From: Chrysomallon squamiferum
Taxonomy: Eukaryota; Animalia; Mollusca
Direction of reading: 5' to 3'
Assembly: GCA_012295275.1 (NCBI GenBank)
Contig: CM022679.1
Coordinates: forward strand, 310,001-374,000
DNA length: 64,000 nucleotides
Within the stretch, counting starts at the first letter, position 1. Each line of letters starts with the position of its first letter. The position numbers and the translations under genes were made by a program. This document shows positions 13,045 to 24,407 of this stretch, piece after piece. The notes below the pieces were generated by a model. It was not told the DNA's origin and made no database searches. It was given only the letters and a program-made list of their open reading frames with translations.

Positions 13045-14557
13045 TTAATAAGCTTCAAAAACTGCTTTACGAGCTTCTTGACATCTCTCATCCAACTCTC
13101 CATCTCCTCCTGAAATTAAAACATCATTTAAACACTTAAAAATATTATTAAACACTTAAAAATATTATTAATTACTTAAAAACATCATTTAAACACTTAA
13201 AAATATTATTAATTACTTAAAAATATATTTAAACATTTAAAAAAAGAACCCCCCCAAAACAACCTTTATTTCAACATTAAAAATAATCATTTAAAATGTT
13301 TAAAGCATAATACCAAGACTTTACATCATAAAAACACATTTAAACATCATGTAAACGTGTGTGTGTTGCTATACTCAGTGTTTGATTCTATGCACACACA
13401 CACATGCATATAGACACATGCATACATACTCTAATACAGACATACACACAAACACATACTGAATTGACATGTTAAAAATCGTAAAAAAAAAAAAAAATGA
13501 AATAAAGATACATTTAAAACAATCAATAAAAACATATTTTATAATAGACATTACCATAGTCCAGTGATCTGATGTCACATGTGTAAATCATTTCTCCATT
13601 CACCCAAATTTCAACAACATTCCAGTCTTTTATCCGCACCAGGTGCACATTGTGCCCATCTCCTTGTAACACAGCTGTAAATATTATACAAATCTTGTAA
13701 CACAGCTGTAATTATTATACAAATCTTGTAACAGCTGTAAATATTATATATATCTTGTAATGCAGCTGTAAATACAATACAAATCTTGTAACACAGCTAT
13801 AAATATTAATATTGTACCAGTCATAAATAATTTATAAATCTTGTAAAAGCTGTTAATATTATATATTTTAACACAGCTGTAAATAATATATAAATGTTGT
13901 AACACAGCTGTATATATTATATTAATATTATACCAGTCATAAATATTGTAACATAGCTGTAAATAATATATAAATCTTTTAACACAGCTGTAAATAATAT
14001 ATAAATCTTGTAACAGCTGTAAATAGTATATAAATCTTGTAACACTGCTGTAAATAAAATAAAAATCTTGTAATACAGCAGTAAATATCATTATATAAAT
14101 CTTGTACTGCTATAAATTTTATAACATGTTCCTAATACTTACTTAAAAAATAATATATGTAAAAGTTAATATTTATATCATTAATAGTTCAAAAACAAAG
14201 GTCTTATTCATTATTTTTTTCTCATTTAGATCATTACAGATAAATATAGATATTATTTTTGAAGTGGGTATACTATATATAAACACAGATATTAATATTT
14301 TACATGTAGATAAATTATGTCTATTATATTTGTTATACACAGATGTATTATTATTTTACATGTGGATAAATTATAACTATTACATATAGTTCTTAAAATG
14401 TTATCACACACATACACACGCACACTCACACATATTTTATATACATCACAAATAAAAACTTACTTAAGAGACCAAGTAGTCGGAATTCTTTGTGATCTAC
14501 AATACCACATGTATCATATGGACCATATCGGACAAAAACTTCAGCATTTTGTGGCAT
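13045..14557 (-). CDS. C10orf53: UPF0728/C10orf53 homolog, 92 aa; exons 14557-14464, 13674-13555, 13109-13045
   Basis: GT-AG splicing gives MPQNAEVFVRYGPYDTCGIVDHKEFRLLGLLTVLQGDGHNVHLVRIKDWNVVEIWVNGEMIYTCDIRSLDYGGDGELDERCQEARKAVFEAY*. This matches remembered UPF0728 motifs (RYGPY, DWNVVE, GGDGxLD, C-terminal AY). Confidence 0.9.
13663..14110 (-). repeat. ~31-bp tandem array built from the C10orf53 exon-2 acceptor plus the first 12 exon nt
   Basis: Minus-strand unit atttgtataatatttacag|ctgtgttacaag; the terminal copy is the real intron/exon junction at 13675/13674. Confidence 0.88.
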
Positions 14558-14732
14558 TCTGTAAAAAATAGAAATCATTAAAATATAGATATAATGATGT
14601 AATGTAACACACACACACATACCAATATATTGAAGTTTGATTACTGTAACAACATTTGCATAACATAAGCTAGCTCTGTTAAATATTTTGTAAGTTATGT
14701 TCAAAATGCTTAATTATATATATAATTTCTAA

Positions 14733-14763
<31 letters not shown>

Positions 14764-15029
14764 TGTTAGCTTATTCAATAGACTGCACCTAAAGTAGTAA
14801 AATATGTGTATAGATTAAAATTTGGTTATGAGATTTAAGAATAAAATGCTTAATGCCATAAAAATGAATATAAACTACGATTAATTAAACAGTATCATTG
14901 ATCTGGCATTAGAGGTATTTTATTAAATACAACTTTTTTTCTCTCTTCTGTATTCGTAGCTATATTTACAATGTGACTTAATGTCTTATCGACTGTCGCT
15001 TGATAACTGATTAACTCGTGTGTAATTTT

Positions 15030-15259
15030 CTTACTTTTTAAGCTCTTCTGCGTTTGAAACTGTTTCTAGGGAAGCTAAAACTGTCCCGCACTCAAAGTTA
15101 AAAGGAATAAAATAAAACAATATAGTTTTGTTAATAACATGTAACTTATAATAAATATTGCGGTGTTTGTTTAACGTATTTTATACTTGTATATTTTGTA
15201 AATTCATTTATAATGATTTTGTTTGTCTCGCTTCTTATAATTCAATGCATGACAGAAAC
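15030..15259. promoter_or_regulatory. Probable bidirectional promoter between C10orf53 and NFU1
   Basis: The genes are head-to-head. A minus-strand donor-like site near 15030 suggests a non-coding first exon of C10orf53 about 200 bp from the NFU1 ATG. Confidence 0.5.
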
Positions 15260-18200
15260 ATGGCTGCTAAAAGCATTTTCCGTCTTTTGCAGCGACCACT
15301 GTTTGTTCAAAATAATATTTTTAGGCAAGTTATTCTTTAATTCTTAACTAAGTCGTCATATAATTATTATTATTACGATATGTGCTGTGCCATTTTTTTT
15401 TTTTTGTCCTACTCGGGCATCATTTTAAAACAATTTTACTTAACTGTTTGTTACGTCGGAGTAAACTTACTACTTAGTCGAAAGAATAAAGTTTAGTCAT
15501 TACATGATTACTGATTTATATGATCATAATGCCTGCTGAATACAGTTTACTGTATTATGCGTATACATTAATGCTTGCAGCATTATTAAACTGACTGAAA
15601 TAAATAATAATTTTTCATTAATAGATTTATAAATTCGCAACCTGTTTTGGTGTTTATGTATCAACTTTAAACCAAATCGTGAAATATGTTAACACTAACA
15701 GTAATACTACTTACAGTTTGTTAATTTTTTCTTTCCATCATTGAATATCTCAAATTCATAAATAAATAAGACATTTATATATTTTGTATAGCTTTAAAAT
15801 TATTGTTATTATTATTATTATTATTATTAATATTATTATTATAGCAGTATCACAGCTGCATTGTTATAGTGAATTAAAATAAGCTTTGACAAAGATGTAT
15901 ACATTAAAAAACAGATTAAGAATAATTATTTCTAGATGATAATGTATTTTTTGTTCTCTAAACAATACTAGATATTTAAAAAAAAATGTATGCTGTTTGT
16001 TGTATTTCTGTACATGCATATGTGTGTTTTGTGTGTGTGTGTGTCCAAAGAATAATTATATATGTAAAACACTTGATAACACTGAATATGTTTGCAGGTC
16101 ACGAATAATGACACCAGTGTTGATAAAACAAAGCTGTTGGTGTCAGACTAGATTTTCTTTCTCCAGTGCCTTGCTGAAGAAGATGAAAGCAGCAGTGTTG
16201 ACATCACAGGGTAAAAGAGAGTTTAGTAGACTGAGTCATAGATCACAGAGAGAAATGCAGCTTCACCTGACCCTGTAGCTGATCATTTCGCACACTGATG
16301 CAGTGCATAAGAAACTGATTAAATTATTGTCCAAACAGTTTGAAAATTACATTTTTTTTTTCTCACAGATGTATGCTATGCAATTAGTTGTAGGTTGGTC
16401 TAGCCAATTTCTTAAGTTACAAAAACATCAGTACTAATTATCTTCATCAGGAGGGTTTACTTGAACTAGCCTTCATGTAAAAAGTTCAGTTCTGTACCTT
16501 TTCAGTTTCTGAAATGCAGCAAATAAAGACAAAGATTTTTTATTTGAAAATGTATCAGATTGTTAATAACCTGATTTGTTTTATGCAGTGTTTACATTTA
16601 ACTGAATTTTATTACTCTTTATTAATTTGGAAGGTATGCAACAACAACCCCATCCAAAAAATCAAAAAAACAGAAAGGAAAAAATTCTGCTTGTCCAATT
16701 AAAGAAAATATCCACGTATTGCACATAATAATTCATAATTTAAAAATGCTTACATTTGTAGATAATGTTTTTATATGTAAATATTCAGTGTAATATGAAA
16801 AATAAATTAGTTGTATAATTATGATTGGAAAGTTTCTTCTATTCTTACACACCTAAGTTTAACAAAACAGGTTTAAAAAATAAATTATACAAAAGAAATA
16901 AAAAATAAAAAATTCAAAGAAATTCAATTGAGAAAGTAGAAATTACTCAATTAAACAGCCTGTGAAATTACCAGACAGCAGCATTTACCCACTCAGTATA
17001 AGTTGTAATTTTTAAAGAATTTTTTATGACAAAGTGTTGTGTTGATATTTATCTAAAATAGAAGGGTACTTTTTAATGTATAAATGGGACAGAAATCGAT
17101 GCATCAGCTTCCACTTGATGTTTTATTTAGTTTTGAAATCATAATTTTATTTCTGACAATCTGGGTGTTTTATTTACTTTTAAAAATATTTTATTTACAA
17201 CAATGTGTTTTTTTTGTTTACAGTTAGAACAATGTTTATTCAGACTCAGGATACACCCAACCCAAACAGTTTGAAGTTTGTTCCTGGTGTGTCAGTCCTA
17301 GAGTCAGGCACCTATGACTTTCCTAACCCACAGTCTGCTCACTGCTCTCCCCTCGCTCGGTGAGTACTTAGTTGTATGAGTAAGTAAAGAGGTTCAGCTG
17401 TGAGTAGTTAGGAAGTGAGTCAGTGAGTGGACCTTTCTCTGTCTTCAGCCATAATTTATTTAACTCTATTGTGAAAAACTGTTTTTAGATTTCTCAAAGT
17501 GTTAAAGTTTGTATCATGACAAGAAAATGTGGCGTGCTGTAAAATGTATATTTGGAAAAATATTGTACTGACATGTAAATAATGTAAATATTTGTTTTTC
17601 AGACAACTTTTTAAAATTGAAGGAATTAAAGCAGTTTTCTTTGGCACAGATTTCATAACTGTTACAAAAGTGAGATTTTTTTGCTATATATAATTTGTTT
17701 TTATTATGGTGTAGATGATTAATCTTGTGATTTGCACATAAATTGTGCTTTTTATTAAGATACAGAAGATTAATGTTATTTGTAAAAATGTTGTTGAATG
17801 ATTTAATTATCAAAATTGGAGTTAGCTAGTCACTATAATATTACGATAGCAGCTTAAGATTTCAATTTTCATGGGAAACACTTTTTCTGGTTCTCTGCCC
17901 TCTCATGTGAAGGAATCAAAAATTGTTTTTTAATTTTGTGAAAACAAGCGAAGTGAGCTCGTTTCTGACAGTATGGATACATGTAAGTGAGTAAATGATG
18001 GGACTGACAAGGTTTGTGTTTTGCATAATGAAATTGCAGTTGTATTTTAGCAGAGCTGAGTTAACTACAGTCAAAACTGACTATTGGCATAAAATATTAA
18101 ATATTTGGCATGATTATGACATTACTGGTGAAAAATACACAAAATGTCTTATTTGTGCTTGTGCAGATGGAACAAATGTTAATGTTTGTAAACTGAATGG

Positions 18201-21200
18201 TGCTCTAACTGTAATGAAAACTTAAGGCAGGAAATGGTTGCAAATAATTCATTGCTCTGTACACAGAATTGAATCAAAGATGCATTTGCTGAAATTGGTG
18301 ACTTTGCAAAAGTGGATGACATGATGTTGAATCTGTTTACATTTTTCAAGAATTGTGGCAAGTGTTGCAGAGTGGTTAGGGGTTCTAGTCCAACGTATAC
18401 CAAAAGCTTCTGGTACACTATTAAATGGGTTACCAGACATGATTCTTATTTCGATGCCTGCATTTTCACACAGATCTTTCACTTAAATGACAAGAAGTGT
18501 ATTTGATATTTCATTTGGAATTTGTGTTGTAAGAAGGCTGGACTTGGTAAGCTGGGTTTCAGTATTTGGGTTAATGCAGTGTTAAATAAAGTTTGCAACT
18601 GTGTGTCAGATGCTCTAGTCGGAGAAGCACACATCACCTTTCTTTTGTGTTTTTCTGCTTCTGCTTCTTTCTTTCTTCTTCCCTCCCTTCTTCTTATCTG
18701 CTGGTCTTGTTTTTGCATGGAACAAAGTTATTTTGTCATATAAGATGTCAGGTATCAGTAATATTTTGTTTCCACCATATTTATATTAAAATATTCGAAA
18801 ATATAATATAAAATACTGAAGCTAATTTTCTTCAAGCTTCCACCATCATGACATGCACAGTTGGTTACAGTAAGTAATGATGTTATTGAACTGTATTCAA
18901 ATTTCTAAACAATACTCTACAAAAGATTTGTTATTGGAAGCTGTGAGGTTTTTGACTCTGTACTATTGTTTCTTACAGCTGGATGATGATGTTGACTGGG
19001 CGATTCTTAAACCAGACATCTACGCCACCATCATGGACTTCTTTGCCAGTGGTCTTCCTGTTTTCACAGATGAACAACCTTCAGCAGATTCAAGTTAGGA
19101 CTTAAAATAAATAGCTGATTAAAACAATTAGAAATTTTCTTGTAAATCAGAATATTTAAGAAAAAAAGAAAATTATTGTTTCCAGATTTCTGTTCCAAAT
19201 TATTGACCCACATGATGATGATGACAGATATTTTATTTTAGTTGACCTAGATGATGATGATGATGGTGATTGTGATATTCTATTTTAGTTGTTGATCTAG
19301 ATGATGATGAAGATGATATTTTGTTTTTGTTGATCTATATGATGATGAAGATGATATTTTGTTTTAGTTGACCATGATGATGATGAAGATATTTTGTTTT
19401 AGTTGACCTAGATGATGATGAAGATATTTTGTTTTAGTTGACCTAGATGATGATGAAGATATTTTGTTTTTGTTGACCTAGATGATGATGAAGATGATAT
19501 TTTGTTTTAGTTGGCCATGATGATGATGAAGATATTTTGTTTTAGTTGACCTAGATGATGATGAAGATGAAATTTTGTTTTAGTTGTTGACCTAGATGAT
19601 GATGAAGATGATATTTTGTTTTAGTAGTTGATCTAGATGATGATTAAAATGATATTTTGTTTTAGTTGTTGATCTAGATCAGTAGTTCTCAACCTTTTTT
19701 TGCTAATGGCACAACTTGGCACACCTGGTTAAATATATATGGAAAATATTTGAATTTTGCAAAATAAAAACATGGCATGTCATAGACAACATAGAACTAA
19801 CTGAAGTTCAGTGTTGAAAGAATGATTTATGAAAGGATCTGTAAGCCAAGCATACGTTTCTGTCTTTAATGACAGTAAATAATTGTTAATGCTTTCGTCC
19901 AGGGCTGTCAGATGAGTAAACACAATAGGGATCATTTCTCTAAAGCAGGTAGAATGCAATACAGGGAACATATCAAGATTGCCTGTGATTGCTCTTTTTT
20001 TCCAAATCACAATTTTCTTTTTGAGGGCAACTAACTTGTCTGCTGAAGTGAGAATATTTTCGTTTTTACCTAGCATACTACTGTTTGTTTTATTTAGTGC
20101 ATTAAATATTTGTTAGGTATTCCATTTTAGACATCCAAAGATGCAACTAAGGTATTCACAGAATTCCTTGTGCAGTTTGTACTTTGCCTTTTGACAGCCA
20201 GCAAATCTCAGTGTGCATTAATAACTTAACATGCTGAGAGTCCATCTCTCTGACCATTCCAATAACTTGATGTGACCTTTAAATCTTCCAGTGATATTTT
20301 TGAAACAAGAACGTCTCTATGTAGAAAGCAATCAGTACAAATGAGATTTGGATTTTCTTTTTCTACAACATTTTGCAGCACACTTAGGAAGATCTCGCAG
20401 CACACTGGTTGAGAATCACTGATCTAGATGATGATAAAAATGGTATTTTATTTTAGTAGTTGATACAGATGATGAAGAAGATGATATTTTGTTTTAGTTG
20501 TTGACCTAGATGATGATAAAAATGATATTTTGCTTTAGTAGTTGATACAGATGATGAAGAAGATGATATTTTGTTTTAGTTGTTGATCTAGATGATGATG
20601 AAGATGATATTTTGTTTTAGTTGTTGACGTAGATGAAGATGAAGATGATGATATTTTGTAAGATTGTTGAGCTAGATGATGACGAAGATGATATTTTGTT
20701 TTAATTGTTGACCTAGATGATGATGATGTTGATGATGATATTTTGTTTTAGTTGTTGATCCAGATGATGATGAGACTGTGGTTATGATCAAGGAATTGCT
20801 GGACACAAGAATTCGACCGACTGTACAGGAAGATGGTGGAGATATAGTGTTCATGGTAACTGTGTGTTTAAAAATCTTAAACATTCATTTATTGAATACA
20901 AATAACAATATACTTTGTACTTGTATATATTGGATCCAAATTTCAGCTGAATGAGATAGCTTTAAGTATTTCTATATTTCTATGTACTGTATATATATAT
21001 GTATTTCTATGTCTAAACAGTTACAATCACAATTTACTGAAAGTTTTGTATTTACTTAGAAAATTCCTGTTTTACAAAATCTCATCAACAAATATACAGG
21101 TGTGAGAGAAATGAACTGTGATTTGATAATAAGTTAAAAAAGTTGTGTCACTCAGGGTTTTGAGGATGGTGTAGTCAAACTGAAGATGCAGGGATCATGT

Positions 21201-21859
21201 ACAAGTTGTCCCAGTTCAGTGGTGACACTGAAAAACGGAGTTCAAAACATGTTACAGTTTTACATACCTGAAGTAAAAGAAGTCCAACAGGTAAATGTGT
21301 ATTTTATAATAATACATAAATCTTCATGTATTTTATGATTAATACTAAAATCTTTGTGTATTTTATAATCAAAAGGTTAATATTCGTATGTTTTATACCT
21401 ATAAGAGGTTATAAATTGTGGGTTTTTGTTGACAAGTAATATTTTCTGTTGTGTTATCAAAGGTAATAGTTTATGATATGAGGTATTAGCTTTATTTTTT
21501 TCAAGTACATAAAATAATGTTAAAAAAGAGAACATGAAAAATGAAGATTTATGTGTTAGTGGAGATAGATGTGGAGTCTGATGTGTTTGTGGAGATAGAT
21601 GTGGAGTTTGATGTGTTTTGTGGAGATAGATGTGGAGTCTGATGTGTTTGTGGAGATAGATGTGGAGTCTGATGTGTTTGTGGAGGTATATGTGGAGTTT
21701 GATGTGTTTTGTGGAGATAGATGGGAAGTCTGATGTGTTTTGTGGAGATAGATGTTTTTGTAATGGTGACATTTTATGTGATAGGTTGATGATGAAGCTG
21801 ATAGTGTTGCTGAAGCAGAGTTGAAGAAACTAGAGGAGAAACTTGGAGATAAAGACTGA
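15260..21859 (+). CDS. NFU1: NFU1 iron-sulfur cluster scaffold, mitochondrial; exons 15260-15324, 16098-16210, 17224-17359, 17603-17669, 18979-19093, 20752-20855, 21156-21290, 21785-21859
   Basis: Motifs [61 protein letters not shown] and [12 protein letters not shown] (CxxC). Exon phases are consistent if intron 1 uses a GC donor (AG|GCAAGT). Confidence 0.96.
19205..20770 (+). repeat. ~38-44-bp tandem array built from the NFU1 exon-6 acceptor plus exon start, interrupted by a hAT element
   Basis: Unit gatattttgttttag|ttgttgayctagatgatgatgaa, about 20 copies; the last copy is the real junction at 20751/20752. Confidence 0.92.
19680..20421 (-). mobile_element. Non-autonomous hAT (Charlie/Buster-like) DNA transposon, internal deletion derivative
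   Basis: TIRs CAGTAGTTCTCAACC and GGTTGAGAATCACTG (13/15 match). Perfect 8-bp TSD ATCTAGAT at 19672-19679 and 20422-20429. Internal minus ORF 19780-20076 ([12 protein letters not shown]...KKKIVIWK...GNLDMFP) resembles Buster/ZBED5-type transposase as I remember it. Confidence 0.9.
21550..21784 (+). repeat. ~30-bp minisatellite (gatgtgtttgtggagatagatgtggagtct) running up to the last NFU1 acceptor
   Basis: About 7 copies, ending near the real gatag|GTT junction. Confidence 0.85.
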
Positions 21860-21990
21860 ATTTATACAAACATTTGTGTTAAAGACTGAATTTATACAAA
21901 CATTTCTGTTAAAGACTGAATTTATACAAACATTTGTATTAAAGACTGAATTTATACAAACATTTGTGTTAAAGACTAAATTAATACAAA
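21851..21990 (+). repeat. 30-bp tandem repeat containing the NFU1 stop codon
   Basis: aaagacTGAatttatacaaacatttgtgtt x4.5; the first copy holds the last two codons and the real stop. Confidence 0.92.
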
Positions 21991-23072
21991 ATGTTTATGC
22001 AATATCAAGCAGAGATAATTATGTGATTAGTATAGTCTGTTTTCAGATGTTTAGGTAATTTCTGCTTTTAGTACATTCTGTATTATACAGTTTGGATGTG
22101 TGTGTGTGTGTGTGTGTGTGCATTTATACTTACGTGTTTATTGTGGTGAAAATACATGTTAATACAGAACAGTTTTACTACAGAGTTGTTTGATTTTTTT
22201 AGTATCAGGATAACGTACACACTCACCTGAACTTAACCTGACTATGAATCACACTTTCAGTAATATCAAAATTGTAAAAACATAAATGTGTTAAAAACTT
22301 CACAATTAATTGTTGTACATTCACATTTTAACAATATTAACATTGACATATTTATGTTGTAAAAGTATGTTTTGGAAGAATGTTCCAGAAATAGTCATTT
22401 GGTGAGGGTGAGGCAAAGAAAAGTAGAAAGTCAACCCATTTTCTGGGTTGAAGAATATGACAAATTAAACAGACTAAAAATAGGTAAAAATATCTTTGAC
22501 TTTTAATTTTGTTAATATGACATTCTATCAGATATAGAAAGATGAACAGAAGTTTGTCTACTTTACCCATCAGAAATGAAAATGAAACATCTATGTAAGA
22601 GAAAAAACCCAAACAATCAGTAAAAGAAAAAAAGAAGAAGAAGAAGAAAAGAAACATCTGGGAAAGGGAGAAAACAAAGGAAGAGGTGAGAAGATGCAAG
22701 CAGGGCATGTTACAGAATAACCACATCACTTATCTCCACTTGCAAACTGTAAGAAGGGAAGTAATCTAGATAGATAAAGTCTGCGACAGACACGCCCGCT
22801 GACCTCTCAGAAAGCGTGCCTGTCACAGACGTGCATCACAACAGCTTGCTCTGATTAGCACGTTCATTTGTTCAAGGTTCAAGATAGATGAACTAGGTGA
22901 ATATTGGAAAGGAACCATCTGGCAGGTGATAACCCAAGACACAAAGATAAGAAAACATGCTGAGGCTTTCACATTACAATAGAATGATGATGATGATGTA
23001 TTAAAGGGCATTTAAGAAGATGTCAGTTTATACATTTTCTTTAGTGTTACACTGATCACTGACATCCTCAGA

Positions 23073-23115
23073 ATGTTGTTGCAAAACTGCTTATGTCTTT
23101 TGTACCTTTTCACAG
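23073..23115 (+). CDS. Candidate alternative first (signal-peptide) exon of the Kazal inhibitor
   Basis: ATG...MLLQNCLCLLYLFT G|GTCAGT. It is hydrophobic and its phase-1 donor is compatible with exon 24619. Confidence 0.55.
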
Positions 23116-23159
23116 GTCAGTTCCATGCAGATCATGTCTACAGTTCCAGTAAAACCCAT

Positions 23160-23755
23160 CTATAATAGCAACATTTTTGTTGTATAATTTAAAAATTAGT
23201 AAAATGTACTAACATGATATGTAATAGTAAAGTCTTTGTTGTCTAATTTAAAATAACTAGAATATACTAACATCATCTGTAATAGTAAAATCTTTGCAAT
23301 ATAATTTAAAATAAGTAAAATGTACTAACATATTCTGTAATAGTAATATTTGTTGTATAATTTAAAAATTAGTAAAATGTACTAACATGATTTGTAATAG
23401 TAACATTTATGTTGTATAATTAAAAATAACTAAAATGTACTAACATGTTCTGTAATAGTAAAATCTTTGTTGAATAATTTAAAATATACTAACATATGTA
23501 ATAGTAAAGTCTTTGTTGTCTAATTTAAAATAACTAGAATATACTAACATCATCTGTAATAGTAAAATCTTTGCTGTATAATTTAAAATAAGTAAAATGT
23601 ACTAACATATTCTGTAATAGTAATATGTGTTGTATCATTTAAAATAAGTAAAATGTACTAACATATTCTGTAACAGTAATATGTGTTGTATCATTTAAAA
23701 TAAGTAAAATGCGCTAACATATTCTGTAATAGTAATATGTGTTGTATAATTAGAA
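23160..23755. repeat. AT-rich ~58-bp minisatellite (tgtaatagtaa...tataatttaaaataagtaaaatgtactaacat)
   Basis: About 10 copies, lying between the two candidate first exons of the Kazal gene. Confidence 0.88.
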
Positions 23756-24206
23756 ATTTGTGGGATAGTAACTGCTGATATATTATGATGATAAGGTACA
23801 TCAACATGAAATGGGTTTAGATGAACTAGTTACAACTTAAATATGTTATATCTAGTATTAATGTACAATAAATTATTTTTAGTTAAATTGAATTTTTTTT
23901 ATTGTTTTGGACTAAACAGCACTGATCAAGTATTTTAAAAAAGATATAATTAAAACATGGTAAAATTAAATGTATGTTTTTCATGTAGAAATGTCAGAAT
24001 CAAATTAAATATTGCAATTTGTTAGGAAATATAACGAAGCGCAAATATTTTAAACTTGATAGTCATATAAATATATTAACAAAGTTAATGCATGTGCAAA
24101 CATCATGTTTAACGTACGTGCAATACGCGACATAAAGTTGTCAGGAACGTCCGTCAAATGACCCCAAACAAATGATCACAGAAATCTTCTTATCACATAT
24201 CTAGAA

Positions 24207-24354
24207 ATGACTGCACGCGAAACAGGTGTGAAAATGTTCCTCTGGTTTTGCCTGTCCTTGTTAACAGGTACGCAAATCACTTTAATTTTGTTCTTCAGTT
24301 TTTACGTCTAAAACTTAGTTGTAATTCCAAAACGGTATCCTGATATCAGAAATA

Positions 24355-24407
<53 letters not shown>

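Noticed and set aside
18179-18811. Cluster of short ORFs in NFU1 intron 4
   Set aside because: No consistent splice structure or recognisable domain; more likely decayed repeat sequence.
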